The position numbers and the translations under genes were made by a program. Under the pieces are notes generated by a model. That model had not been told where the DNA came from, ran no database searches, and was given only the letters and a program-made list of their open reading frames with translations. Of a stretch of DNA of 64,000 nt, positions 1-11,833 are shown piece after piece. Each line of letters starts with the position of its first letter. Within the stretch, counting starts at the first letter, position 1. Source of the stretch: the human T2T-CHM13v2.0 reference genome, Homo sapiens; NCBI RefSeq assembly GCF_009914755.1, contig NC_060933.1; one strand, 5' to 3'.

Positions 1-639
1 TGAAATCAACAAATAATATATATAACTCCATATATGAGAAAATATAAAGAAATAATAATAAACTAAGGCTATACATTAAAATAAAAGCCTATTAATTGGT
101 ATCTCAATAATTTACAAAAAGAGAAATTTTTAAAAGGACAGAAAAACACTAAACAAATTTTGTAAACAATACTGAATTTAAAATGCTTACCTAAAACAAG
201 AAACTGGTTGAGAAATTTGAAGTCATAGTCAAAGATTTCCATATTTCATAACAGTTCTTACTCGTAAGATTTGTCTTTTTAAAATCTCTATTAGGCACTA
301 TTCTCTAAATTAAATTTCAATATCCTTTTTAGCATTCAAATTTCAAATTTAAAAAATGTTAAAAAATTCAGATTTCTTATTAGTTGCCTCCTCTTTTAGT
401 GGGAATATCCAGGAGCTTTCATTCCAGGCATATTTTGTAGGTCTGTTATGCTTTAAGCTAATAAGATGATTCTGTTTTCTCCTTAAAAGACTGTAAACAA
501 TAAACTATATATATATATATATATTTTTAGTTTGAAGACTAGCCTCCCCAAATAAGTGTTACTTCCTCAAAATTAAATTCAGTCCAGAGGTTAACAGATA
601 TAAAAGCACAGCTAGATAGAAGAAATATGTTCCAGTGTT

Positions 640-772
640 TTTGTTTGTTTATTTGTTTGTTTTTAAATTAGATGGGGGGTCTTGCTCTGTTGCTCAGGCT
701 GGTCTCAAACTTCTGGTCTCAGTAACACTCCCGAGTAGCTGGGATTACACCAATAAGCCACCATGCTGAGCA
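640..772 (-). mobile_element. Alu monomer fragment (FAM/FLAM/AluJ-like), internally deleted
   Basis: tgttt-type tail, then tcttgctctgttgctcaggctggtctcaaac...gtagctgggattaca. Confidence 0.7.
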
Positions 773-2075
773 ATTCTAACACTATCGGGTGACTATGATT
801 AACTATATTCTCTTTTTAAAATATTTTATTGATACATAATTGTACATATTTATAGGGTATATGTGATATTTTGATACATGTATATAATGTGTAATGATCA
901 AATACAGATAATTAGGATATCCATTCCCTTAAACATTTATTATATTTTTTGTGTGTGTTGGGAACATTCCAAATCTTCTTCCTATTTTGACATACACAAT
1001 AAGTTATTATTGTCACCCTACTGTGCTGTTGAACACTAGAACTTATTCCTTCTAGTTAATTGTATTTTTGTACCCAGTAACCAATACCTCTTCATCCCAC
1101 CCCTCCTCAAACTCTTCCAAGCCTCTGGTCATTCTACTCTCTATTTCCAGAAATCAACTTTTTAAGCGCCCACTTATAAGTGAGATCATGCGGTATGTGT
1201 CTTTCTGTGCTTGGTTTATTTCACTTAACACAATGTCCTCCAGTTTCATCCATGTTGTTCCAAAAGACAAAACTTCATTCTTTTTGTGGCTGAATGATAT
1301 TCCATTGTGTATATACACCACACTTTCTTCATCCATTCTCCTGTTGATCGGCACTTAGGTTGCTTCCATATCTTAGCCATAGTGAACAGAACAGCAATGA
1401 ACATAGGGGTACGGATATCTCTTTGCTATACTGATTTCCTTTCTTTTGGATATATACCCAAGAGTAGGACTGCTGGATCATATGGTAGTTTAACTGTTCG
1501 TTTTTTGAGGAACCTCCATAATGCTCTCCCTAGTGGCTGTACTAATTTACATTACCATCAACAGCATTATGAGGGTTCCCCTTTCTCCACATCCTTGTCA
1601 GCATTCATTATTGCTTGTCTTTTGGATAAAAGCCATTTTAATAAGGGTGAGATGATATCTCATTGTAGTTTTGACTTGCATTTCTCTGATGATCAGTGAC
1701 GAACATTTTTTCATATACCTATTGGCCATTTGTATGTCTTCCTTTGAGGAATGTCTATTCAGATCTTTTCTGCATTTTTAATCAGATTATTTGATTTTTT
1801 TTCTATTGAGTTTTTTGAGCTCTTTATATATTCTGGTTATTAATCAGATGGGTAGCTTGAACATATTTTCTCTCATTCTTTGGGTTGTCTATTTATATTG
1901 TTGTTACCTTTGCTGTGCAGGAAAGCTTTTTAGCTTGATGTGATCCCATTTGTCCATTTTGGCTTTGGTTGCCCGTGCTTTTGTGATATTACATAAAAAA
2001 TCTTTGCCCAGACAAATCCAATGTCCTGAAGCATTTTCCTAACGTTTCCTTCAGTTCTTATATTTAGGTCTTTAA

Positions 2076-2151
<76 letters not shown>
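2076..2151. repeat. (TC)n(TG)n compound microsatellite
   Basis: About 7 TC units then about 30 TG units. Confidence 0.95.
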
Positions 2152-2155
<4 letters not shown>

Positions 2156-2280
2156 AGGACAGGCCTTTGTAACATATTTTGAAGTCTGTTGGTGTGATGC
2201 CTCTAGCTTTGTTCTTTTTGCTCTAGACTGCTTTGGCTATTTGGAGTCATTTGTGGGTACATGTGAATTTTAGGGTTGTT

Positions 2281-2512
2281 TTCTCTATTTGTGTGAAGAA
2301 TGTCATTGGTATATTCATAGGTATGGCATTGAATATATAGATATCTTTTGGTAGTACGGATATTGTAACAATATTAATTCTTCTAGTCCATGATCATTCT
2401 CTACTTCTGTGAAGAATGCCATTGGTATATTCATAGGTATGGCAATGAATATATAGATATCTTTTGGTAGTATTGATATTTTAACAATATTAATTCTTCT
2501 AGTCCATGATCA
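2281..2512. repeat. 116-bp tandem duplication inside the L1
   Basis: 2281-2396 vs 2397-2512, 7 mismatches by eye. Confidence 0.92.
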
Positions 2513-5500
2513 TAGAATATCTCTCCATATTTTTGTGTCCTTTTCAATTTCTCTCATCAGTGTTCTGTAGGTTTCACTGCAGAAATCTTTTACTTCTTTG
2601 TTTACATTTATTCCTAGGTATTTTATTTTTCTTGTAGCTGTTGTAAATGGGATCACTTTCTTGATTTCTTTTTCGGATTATTTGCTGTGGTGTATGCTAC
2701 TTATTTTTTATGTTGAGTATGTATCCTGCAACTTTACTAAATTCATGTATCAGTTCTAACCATTTTTGGTGAACTCCTTAGGTTTCTAAATATAGGATCA
2801 TTTTATCTGCAAATAAGGACAATTTGACTTATCTCTTTCCAATCTGGATGCCCGTTATTTCCTTCTCTTGCTTAACCGCTCTGGCAAGGACTTGCAGTAC
2901 TTATGTTGAAAAAAAGGTGGTAAAAGTAAGCATCGTTGTCTTGTTCCAGATCTTAGAGAAAAGTCTTTGGACTTTTCTCTGTTCGGTATATTAGCTGTGG
3001 ATTTTTCATATATGGCCTTGATTATTCTGAGGCATGTTCTTTCTATTGCTAGCTTGTTGAAAGATTTTATCATGAAAGGATGTTGAATTTTATTGAATGC
3101 TTCTTCAGCATCTATTTGATGTATCCCATTTACTGATTGGCATATGTTGAAACATCCTCGCATCCTTGGGATGAATCAAACTTGATTATGATTAATGATC
3201 TTATTAATGTGTTGTTGAATCTGGTTTGCTAGTATTTTGTTGAGGATTTTTGCAACTACGTTCATGAAGGATTTGTAGTTTTCTTTTTGTTGTGTGTCCT
3301 TCTCTGGTTTTAGAATCAGGGCAAGGCTGGCCCCAAATAATGGGTTTGTGAGTATTCCCTCCTCTTCAATTTTTTGGAATAGTTTAGTAGAACTGGATTA
3401 GTTATTTAAATGTTTGGTAGAATTCTGCAGTGAAGTTTAAGTCCTGGGATTTTCTTTAATTAGAGACTTTTTATTACCAACTCAATCTTGTTACTGGTCC
3501 GTTCAAGTTTTCTATTTCTTCATGGTTTAATCTTATAATCTCGGTAGACTGTAAGTGTCCAGGAATTTACCCATTTCTTCTGGGTTTTCTAATTTACTAG
3601 TGGGCAGTTGTTCATAATAGTCTCTAACAATCCTATGTATTTCAATAGTATCAATTATAGTGTCTCCTATTTGTCTCTGATTTTATCTATTTTAGGTCTT
3701 TTTGGCTTACTATGGCGAAAGACTTGAGGATTTCATTTACCTTTACAAAACCAACTTTCTGTTTTCTTACTCTTTTGTATTTTCGTCTCAATTTCATTTA
3801 TTTCTGCTACAATTATTCTTTCTTTCTGCTCCTTCGGGTTTGGTTTGTTCTTGCTCTTCTAAGGTTCATAATTAGTTTGTTTATTTGAAGTCTGTCTTCT
3901 TTTTTGATGTAGGTATTTGTTGTTATAAACTTCCCTCTCAGAACTGCTTTTGCTGTAGGCCATAGGTTTGGTATGCTGTGTTCCCATTTTCATTTGTTTC
4001 AAGAAATTTTTAAATTTCCTTTTTAATTTATTGACTCATTCACTGTTCAGAAGCATAGTATTAAATTTCAATGAATTTGTAGAGTTTTCAATGTTTCCTC
4101 TGTTATTGATATCTAGTTTTATTCCATTATGGTCAGAAAAGATACTTGATATGATTTTGATATTTTAAGATTTATAAAGACTTGTTTTGTGACCTAATAT
4201 ATGGTCTAGCCTGGAGTATGTTCCATATGTTGTTGAAAAAAATGTGTATTCTGCAGCTGTTGGACGGAACGTTCTGTAAATGTCTATTGGGTCAATTTGG
4301 TCTACAATGAAGTCTCACTGATGTTTTACTGTTGATTTTCTGTCTGGACAATCTGTCTACTGCTGAAAGTAGGGTGCAGAAGTCCCCTGCAATTATCATA
4401 TTATAGTAAATCTCTCCCTTCAGGTTTATTTTTTTTAATATATTTGGGTGCTCTGATGTTGGGTGTATATATATTTACAATTGTTATAACTGCTTGCTGT
4501 ATTGACCTACTGATGCTTTTCTCATTAAATAATGACCTTGTCTTTTTATTTTTTTACTGTTCTTCACTTAGCCTATTTTATCTGACATAAGTATAGCCAC
4601 TCCTGCTCTTCATTTTTGTTCCCATTTGCATGAAATTTCTCCATTACTTCGCTAGAAAGCAATATAGCAATATTGGGGCTTCTTTGAATGTGGTGTTTCT
4701 TTTCTCTTGATGCTTTCAGTATTTTTTTTTTTATTTTGCTAGTCTGATTATGATGTGCCTTGGGGATTTCCTCTTTGTATTGAATATAGTTGGTTACCTC
4801 TAAGCCTGTAGCTGGATGGTGTTGTCTTTCTCCAGATTTGAGAAATTTTCAGCTACTATTTCCTTAAATGTGCTTTCTAGGCCTTTTTCTCTCTGGTCTC
4901 CTTCAGGAGTCCCTATTACACAGAGGTTAGTTCACTTGATGGTATCCCATAATTCTCATAGGTCTCCTTCACTCTTTTAAATTCTTTTTTCTTTCTGCTC
5001 CTCTGATAGGGTTATTTCATATGGTCTATCTCCAAGCTCACTAAGTTTCTCTGTTTGATCAAATTTGCTTCAATCAAAACTTTCTAATGAGATTTTGGCT
5101 TACTGTATTATTTATTTCTAAGGTTTGTATCTTTTATTTATAAAAGATAAAAATAAAAGATACAAAGATAAAAATAAAAGATACAGTGAAACAAATTTCT
5201 CATTGTGATCCTGGATTATTTTTTAAATTTCATTTTGTTTTCTATCCATATTTTCCTGTGATTCCCTGAACCTCTTTAACAGGATTATTCTGAATTTTCT
5301 GTACAACATTTCATAGATCTTCAATTCTTCTGCGTCCATTGCTGGAGGTTTGTTGGTTTCTTTTGGTAGTATCCTATTTCTCCATGTTTTCACAATCCTT
5401 GTATTTTTACATTGATGATGGTTCATTTGAGGAGTTGGCTACCTCTTCCAGTTTTTGCAAGTGCTCTTTGGTGGTGTTAGAGATTTACTACTTAGTATCA

Positions 5501-7095
5501 GAACTTAAATGCTGGGCTGTTGTTTTTTTCCCATTCTGGGGAGGATTTACATGAGTACTGGAACTAAAACACTTCCCTGGAACTAACTCCTTGACTTGCT
5601 ATTATTTCCTCTAGGGTAGGCTTACAGTGAGCACTGAAAATTAAACACTGCCCTAGAATTTTATTGTTGTCCTGCTATGGGTCTCCAGCCTGGGGAAGAT
5701 TTAAGCTGGCACCAAAACTTAATCCCAACCTTTCAGTTGTTTCTAGGCCAGGAGATGGCTCCATGAGAGGACCAGGATTTTGTAGAAAATCCAACTAAGG
5801 ACAGGATCTTTCCACAGATTGTACCCCAGAAGCACCATGGAACCAGCCAGTATCTTCAACATGGCGTACCCACTTATCAGAGTGCAGAATACCTGCCAAG
5901 ATACATGCCAGTCACTGTGATCAGTGCCTCTGTCTTTGCTCCCAATTCACCCCAAGTGCTTTAGCCCTCCTGGAACTCCCAGTGGTTCATAGGAATGGGA
6001 CCTAGGTGGATTTCCAGTGAAAGATTACCAGACCAGTGGAGAGAATGAATGTCTACCTCCAATTTCCTCCTCTCATCTTGGGAGCTGTGGGTCTAAAGAA
6101 ATTCTCTTTGAATGGCATTATGCCAGTTTGAGGAAGGGTGCAGCTCAGCCTAAAATTACCATTTATCTTATCAGTCATGGCTCCTCTCAATTCTGTAGGC
6201 CCAGGAAGTTTCTCTGCTTCTCTCTCTAGTTCTGGTGAACTCAGGGTGGTATTTTTGTCTTTGATAGTTTCCAGTTGTATGTATATAGGAAGAAGGATGT
6301 GGGAGGCACTTCTAATCTGCCATCTTGTTGATGTCACTCTTCAATTTACTGCATATTTTCAAATAGCCAGAGGAGCAAGATGTTGTGCTGAATGTTCCCA
6401 ACACAAAGAAAAAATAAATCTATGAGGTGATGGATATGCTAATTACTCTGATCTGATCATTATACATTGTATACATGTATGGAAATATCAGACTGTACCC
6501 CAAACATATGTACAATTATTATAGGTCAATTAAAAATAATAAAAGCAAATAAACAAATTCAGTACAGAGAGAAATAAGTATGCAAGGATGAACACAGACT
6601 ACAGGGAAGCTTTGAACTGATTCTGCAAGAGAAACAGGAGGGTCAGTTCAGAGTCCTATCTCTTTCCACACTTCCTTTTTCTAAGTCTGCTGTGTTTACA
6701 CAGCTAGACAGTGATTTAAGCGGGTGAGATTATGAATGGAGAAAGTGGGGAATCGTGCTGCTGATAAAAACAGTCTGCAATTCATATTCAACCAACCTTT
6801 AGCAGAACAACTCTCCATTCTCACCTTCTCACAACTGCCCCAAGACTGGATTTCAGGCATATATTTAAAAATCATAAAGTCTAAACCTCTGATCTTGCTG
6901 GAAAGTCAAATGACTTGTCCAGGCTTGCACGATGTGTAAAATATCTGTGGAAGAGGCAATAATATCTTACCCCTTGTCTGAGGACTAGTACTAGGGCAGA
7001 TGCATTAAAGTCACTTAGAAGTTTGTGCTTTATTTTGTTTAAAAAAGATTCTGGGACTCCTGATTCTAGGTCTATAGTCACCCCCATGTATCCTG

Positions 7096-7096
<1 letters not shown>

Positions 7097-7137
<41 letters not shown>

Positions 7138-7157
7138 AGAGAAAGAGAGAGAGAGAG
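7097..7157. repeat. (CA)n(GA)n microsatellite
   Basis: Seen directly. Confidence 0.95.
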
Positions 7158-7665
7158 GGATTTCTCATTAGCTACCTTCACCAAAGCAAAATAGATGGTT
7201 CTGCGCCTTGGAGACGACTCCCACACCCATGCCCACTTAATATCACAAGTATCATGCTCTAAACAATTTTACCCTTTCCTACAATTCCTGATATTCACTT
7301 TAGCCTAAATAATTTCTTTACTTATTAGTGTAAAAATGGCAGAATGTTATTAGTACAAGTGAACTCTATAGATCTAACTTCTGGAATATCTCTGCAAACA
7401 TAAATATCCCTTTAAAATTGTAAAGCTCATTCAAAATTTTCAGCAGAAAATCCAATAATGAAGGAACAGATATGTTAAAAAACAACAAAGCTTCGGTATA
7501 AGTATATTCACATGAAGGGAGGGAGATCAGTCTTGTATTCTGTTCAGTGAGTTTAAGTTACCAAGTACCTAAAGCAATCTGAAAGGTAAAGGAAGCACAC
7601 AGCACAACAGAATAAAAAGAGGGCAGCAACATTCTGGCAAAACTATGTATTAAAATAATGCTACT

Positions 7666-7800
7666 GGCCAGGTGTGGTGGCTCGCATCTGTAATCCCAGC
7701 ACTTTGGAAGGCCAAGGTGGGCAGATCATTTGAGGTCAGGAGTTTGAGATCAGCCTGGCCAACATGGCGAAATCTGTCTCTAATACGAATAATAATAATA
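7666..7800 (+). mobile_element. Alu left monomer only, (AAT)n tail
   Basis: ggccaggtgtggtggctc...gtctcta; flanking direct repeat aataatgctact. Confidence 0.88.
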
Positions 7801-8395
7801 ATGCTACTCTAAATTTTTAAAAATAGCTTAATGGGTCCTAAGTTTATAGTGAGAGAATTCCCAGAAGGTATGATAATTTATCTGCAATTACCTTCCAAAC
7901 CACTTCCCAATATTAAATCTTGGAACCCCTGAAAAATTAAGAAGTGATAAAAAGCCTCCCAAAATTGAATAGTCTCATTCCCAAGAGCTTATGTGTTAAT
8001 GATTCTCCTGTGTTTATTTTTAAATACTTTATAATTTTATTACTGTTAGTTTATGTTGGCTGTATAGAAACAAAGAGATTAAATTAGAACCACACATACA
8101 AACAGTTAATTCCTAAGGAGTTCTGGTCAAATAAAAATATGGAAGTAAGAATAGATTGACTCAGCAAGAAAGTGTAAGTGAACGATAAACAAAAGTATAA
8201 TTTAGCTATAAATGGAATGTTTTAATCCATAAGACCACTTAGTCACATTTATAAACAGGGATTTACAAACTTCACTTTTTGAAATTTTTTTTAGTAACTT
8301 ACAATATATCCATAGAGGCTTAATCACATTTGTAAAAATCATTTCTAAAAAAGAAAAATAATGAAGTACACAATAAGCTGGCGCTAGGTGTTTAC

Positions 8396-8467
8396 CTTCT
8401 TCTTCAGTTGGTAATATGTTGGTGTTTCTCGTCGAAGATAAAAAATCTTCATCTTTTTCATAATTTT
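8396..8467 (-). CDS. MPDZ: MPDZ exon 12, PDZ3-PDZ4 linker (72 nt); gene continues beyond the left edge
   Basis: ENYEKDEDFLSSTRNTNILPTEEE; ctttaag| acceptor, AAG|GTAAAC donor; keeps frame with exon 11. Confidence 0.94.
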
Positions 8468-9275
8468 CTTAAAGATAAAAATATTTTAGTAATTTTATCT
8501 TTAGTATAATCAAGTACTTGAATTTTTCTAAACCCAGTATATTTATTTGAACTCCTACATGAGAATCTGTTTTTCAGAGATAAACTTCTCAATAACTATA
8601 TGTACTTAAAGGCAAGTTCTGTTAATGGAAAAGAATACATTTCTCCTGTGATTTGCCCCTCTGTCTCTTAATAGTGCAATATGTATAAATGGCATAAATA
8701 TCAGAATGGTCAACAATTTTAGAAATGAAACAGCACTTTTCAGCGAAAAGCCTGATTTCTACCAATAAACCCCTGAGCTACACAGGGGTTTCAGTAATTT
8801 GCAGACATATTCATGTACAAACAGCTTATGAATGACATTTCTAAATGTGGAATTAAAGTCGATTCCTTCAAGGAAAGGCTGGGCATTTAGAATTTTTATG
8901 AAGGTCACATAAATAATCCAGGCAGAAGAGCATCCCCCTAAAGTGAGAACATTGCAATGACATCCAGAAGTAAGGCAGAAACAGAAAGGTAAATGACTGC
9001 CTGTTTCCAACTGAGAAATGGTGACAATGAATAGGATAGAAAGAAATCTGCTCTATTCAGAAGCCTACTCCATAGTTTATAAACACATTGCTGGTTCCAG
9101 TCAATCCTGACTTTATTACACTTCTTTACTCGCCTTGGTTTATAATGAATAGTTGAGGGTAAAAAGCATTCTGAATAATTAAGAACCATTCTGAAATAGT
9201 AAGTTACTTTGGAATTTAAAAAAAATTGGAGACAATATAAAGGTCTAACTAAAAACCAGATTAACATAGGATTAC

Positions 9276-9459
9276 CTTTGATTATGCTGGCATTAACAGG
9301 AGACAAATCTGCATCTTTTGTGACGTCTTCCCTTGACATGAGCTCGGCTTCCTGCTTCATTCCTCTCCTCATTAGTGTCAGGAGCACAGTTTGTCCTGTA
9401 TGTCGCAATACCTCTACTGCTTGCTGATTAGTAAAACCCTGAAGGTTTGTGCCATCTAC
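9276..9459 (-). CDS. MPDZ: MPDZ exon 11, PDZ3 end and linker (184 nt)
   Basis: VDGTNLQGFTNQQAVEVLRHTGQTVLLTLMRRGMKQEAELMSREDVTKDADLSPVNASIIK; poly-T aatcacag| acceptor, AAG|GTAATC donor. Confidence 0.96.
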
Positions 9460-9747
9460 CTGTGATTAAAAAAAAAAAAAAGCATGTTACATGTTAAATA
9501 AATGGATATTTGTATTACCAATTCACAAAATGTGTATGTATAGTTGTTAGTGTGAAAAGAATGGAGAATAAGTATTCACCTTATCAGGGAATTGACAGTA
9601 AGACCCTAATATCTCTTTGGAAACCAGTATTAACAGGGATGCACTAGAATCATTTGAGAGGCTTCTGTTTATTTTAATATAGATTCTGGGGTACCATATC
9701 CAGAAAATGAGTCACTAGTTCTAGGGTAGGACACAGGCTTCTATGCC

Positions 9748-10334
<587 letters not shown>

Positions 10335-11520
10335 TACTTCTACTCCTTTCTAAATATGCTTTTATATTCCTCAGGTGATCTCAATGCACAGTTAAGTTTG
10401 GAACCAGAACTATGCAGGATTAAAAGGTATAGAAGACAGTGATAAATGTGCTCACTGAGTGCACTGATGTATCACAAGGTCATATTTATATGGCCTTTCA
10501 AAAAAGAAAGAAAAAAAGTGTCCTGTCTATTTGTCTTTTCAGAAAAATACATTTGATTTTCCCCTTTTCACAAATGACAAAACATTCAAAAATGTCCCGG
10601 TGATCTTTCCAAAATATAGATATGATCATATCTCCCCAACCCTCTCTTCTACAGAAAACTCCTTAGGACAATGCTCCAAATTCTCAACGTGGCTTAGAAT
10701 GGCCTGTGCCAACTGCTCCCACCTCCCACCAGCCCCAACCTCATCTCTCATGATGCTGTCCATTACTCTCTGCCCCTCAGCCACAGAGGGCTCACTTCCA
10801 TTCCTCTGACTTGCAGTTCTCTCTTCAGCCATGGAGTCTCCGCAAGTCCTGTTACCTCAGCCTGGACTCTCTGGATAGCCCACTCTAGACCATGCTCTTT
10901 CTCAATAGCTTACTTAGAAAATACATATAATTGCTTTATATTTCAGTTCAATAGTTGTTTTCATAATAAACTACCTTGATGTCTTTGACTGCCGTCAAAG
11001 CCCCCTTTTACCCATTCTTCCTCATAGCATTTTTCAGAATTTTAATTTTACATTTTCTGCTATTATGCAGTTTATGACTATATACTCCAAGGACAGGCTC
11101 TGTATCATTTTTCCTTATAGTAGTGTCATCAAAACATGGTGCTGTCCATACTATAGATATTAAAATATAGAGCCATTGGCTCATAGGTCAAAAACTTATT
11201 TGTAAAGCAAATTATATTCTGAGGTAGATAAATATAAATTTTAACAACATGTTGTTTAATTCATAAAATCACAGTAAAAACAATTTGAAAAAGCAGAGCA
11301 ATAAATTTAATGCTGAAATTCAAAGTCATTAATATTCCTTAGAATTGCAAAATGACTATAAAATGACTGTACGTGTAATGCTTTTCCAAGCATAGTGGGG
11401 CCATATTAGGCACTCAAATGTTTACTAAGTTAGAAAAGATCTGGATTTTATAATCTAAATCTTGTAATTCAGATGTTTACTAACTTAGTAAATATGTGAA
11501 AATTATAAGATCTAGATCAA

Positions 11521-11833
11521 GGCTGGGCGCAGTGGCTAATGCCTAGTAATCCCAGCACTTTGGGAGGCTGAGGCAGAAGGACTGCTTGAGCCCAACAGTT
11601 TGAGGCCAGCCTGGGCAACATGCTGAAACCCTGTCTCTATAAAAAACAGAAAAATTACCCAGGCGTATTGGCACATGATTGTAATCCCATCTACTCAGGA
11701 GGCTGAGTTGAGAGGATCACTTAAGCCCAGAAGGTTCAAAAGGCTGCAGTGAGCCATGATCATGCCAGTGCATTCCAGCCTGGGCATCAGAGTGAGACCC
11801 TGTCTTACATAAATAAATATTAAAAAAAAAAAA
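11521..11833 (+). mobile_element. AluJ
   Basis: Dimeric Alu with A tail; TSD aagatctagatca / aagacctagatca. Confidence 0.92.

Larger units (their letters stand above)
812..6340 (-). mobile_element. Degenerate L1MA (about MA4-MA6) retaining both ends, with internal deletions
   Basis: L1MA 3'UTR at the left; ORF2 remnants (1154-1354, 2855-3163 IDAEEAFNKIQHPFMIK); ORF1 remnant (5223-5426); 5'-terminal CAAGATGGC (YY1) motif at 6319-6327. Confidence 0.88.
590..6545 (+). mobile_element. L1MA-type 3'-end fragment (about 590-810 and 6345-6545) split by a later Alu fragment and a large L1
   Basis: ...gtgactatgattaactata continues after 6345 as ttactgcatattttcaaatagc...gtgatggatatgctaattac...aataataaaa, typical L1MA 3'UTR. 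Confidence 0.65.

Noticed and set aside
1068-5554. ORF-track entries as novel genes
   Set aside because: They are decayed L1 ORF1/ORF2 pieces, their antisense frames, or microsatellite-derived frames.
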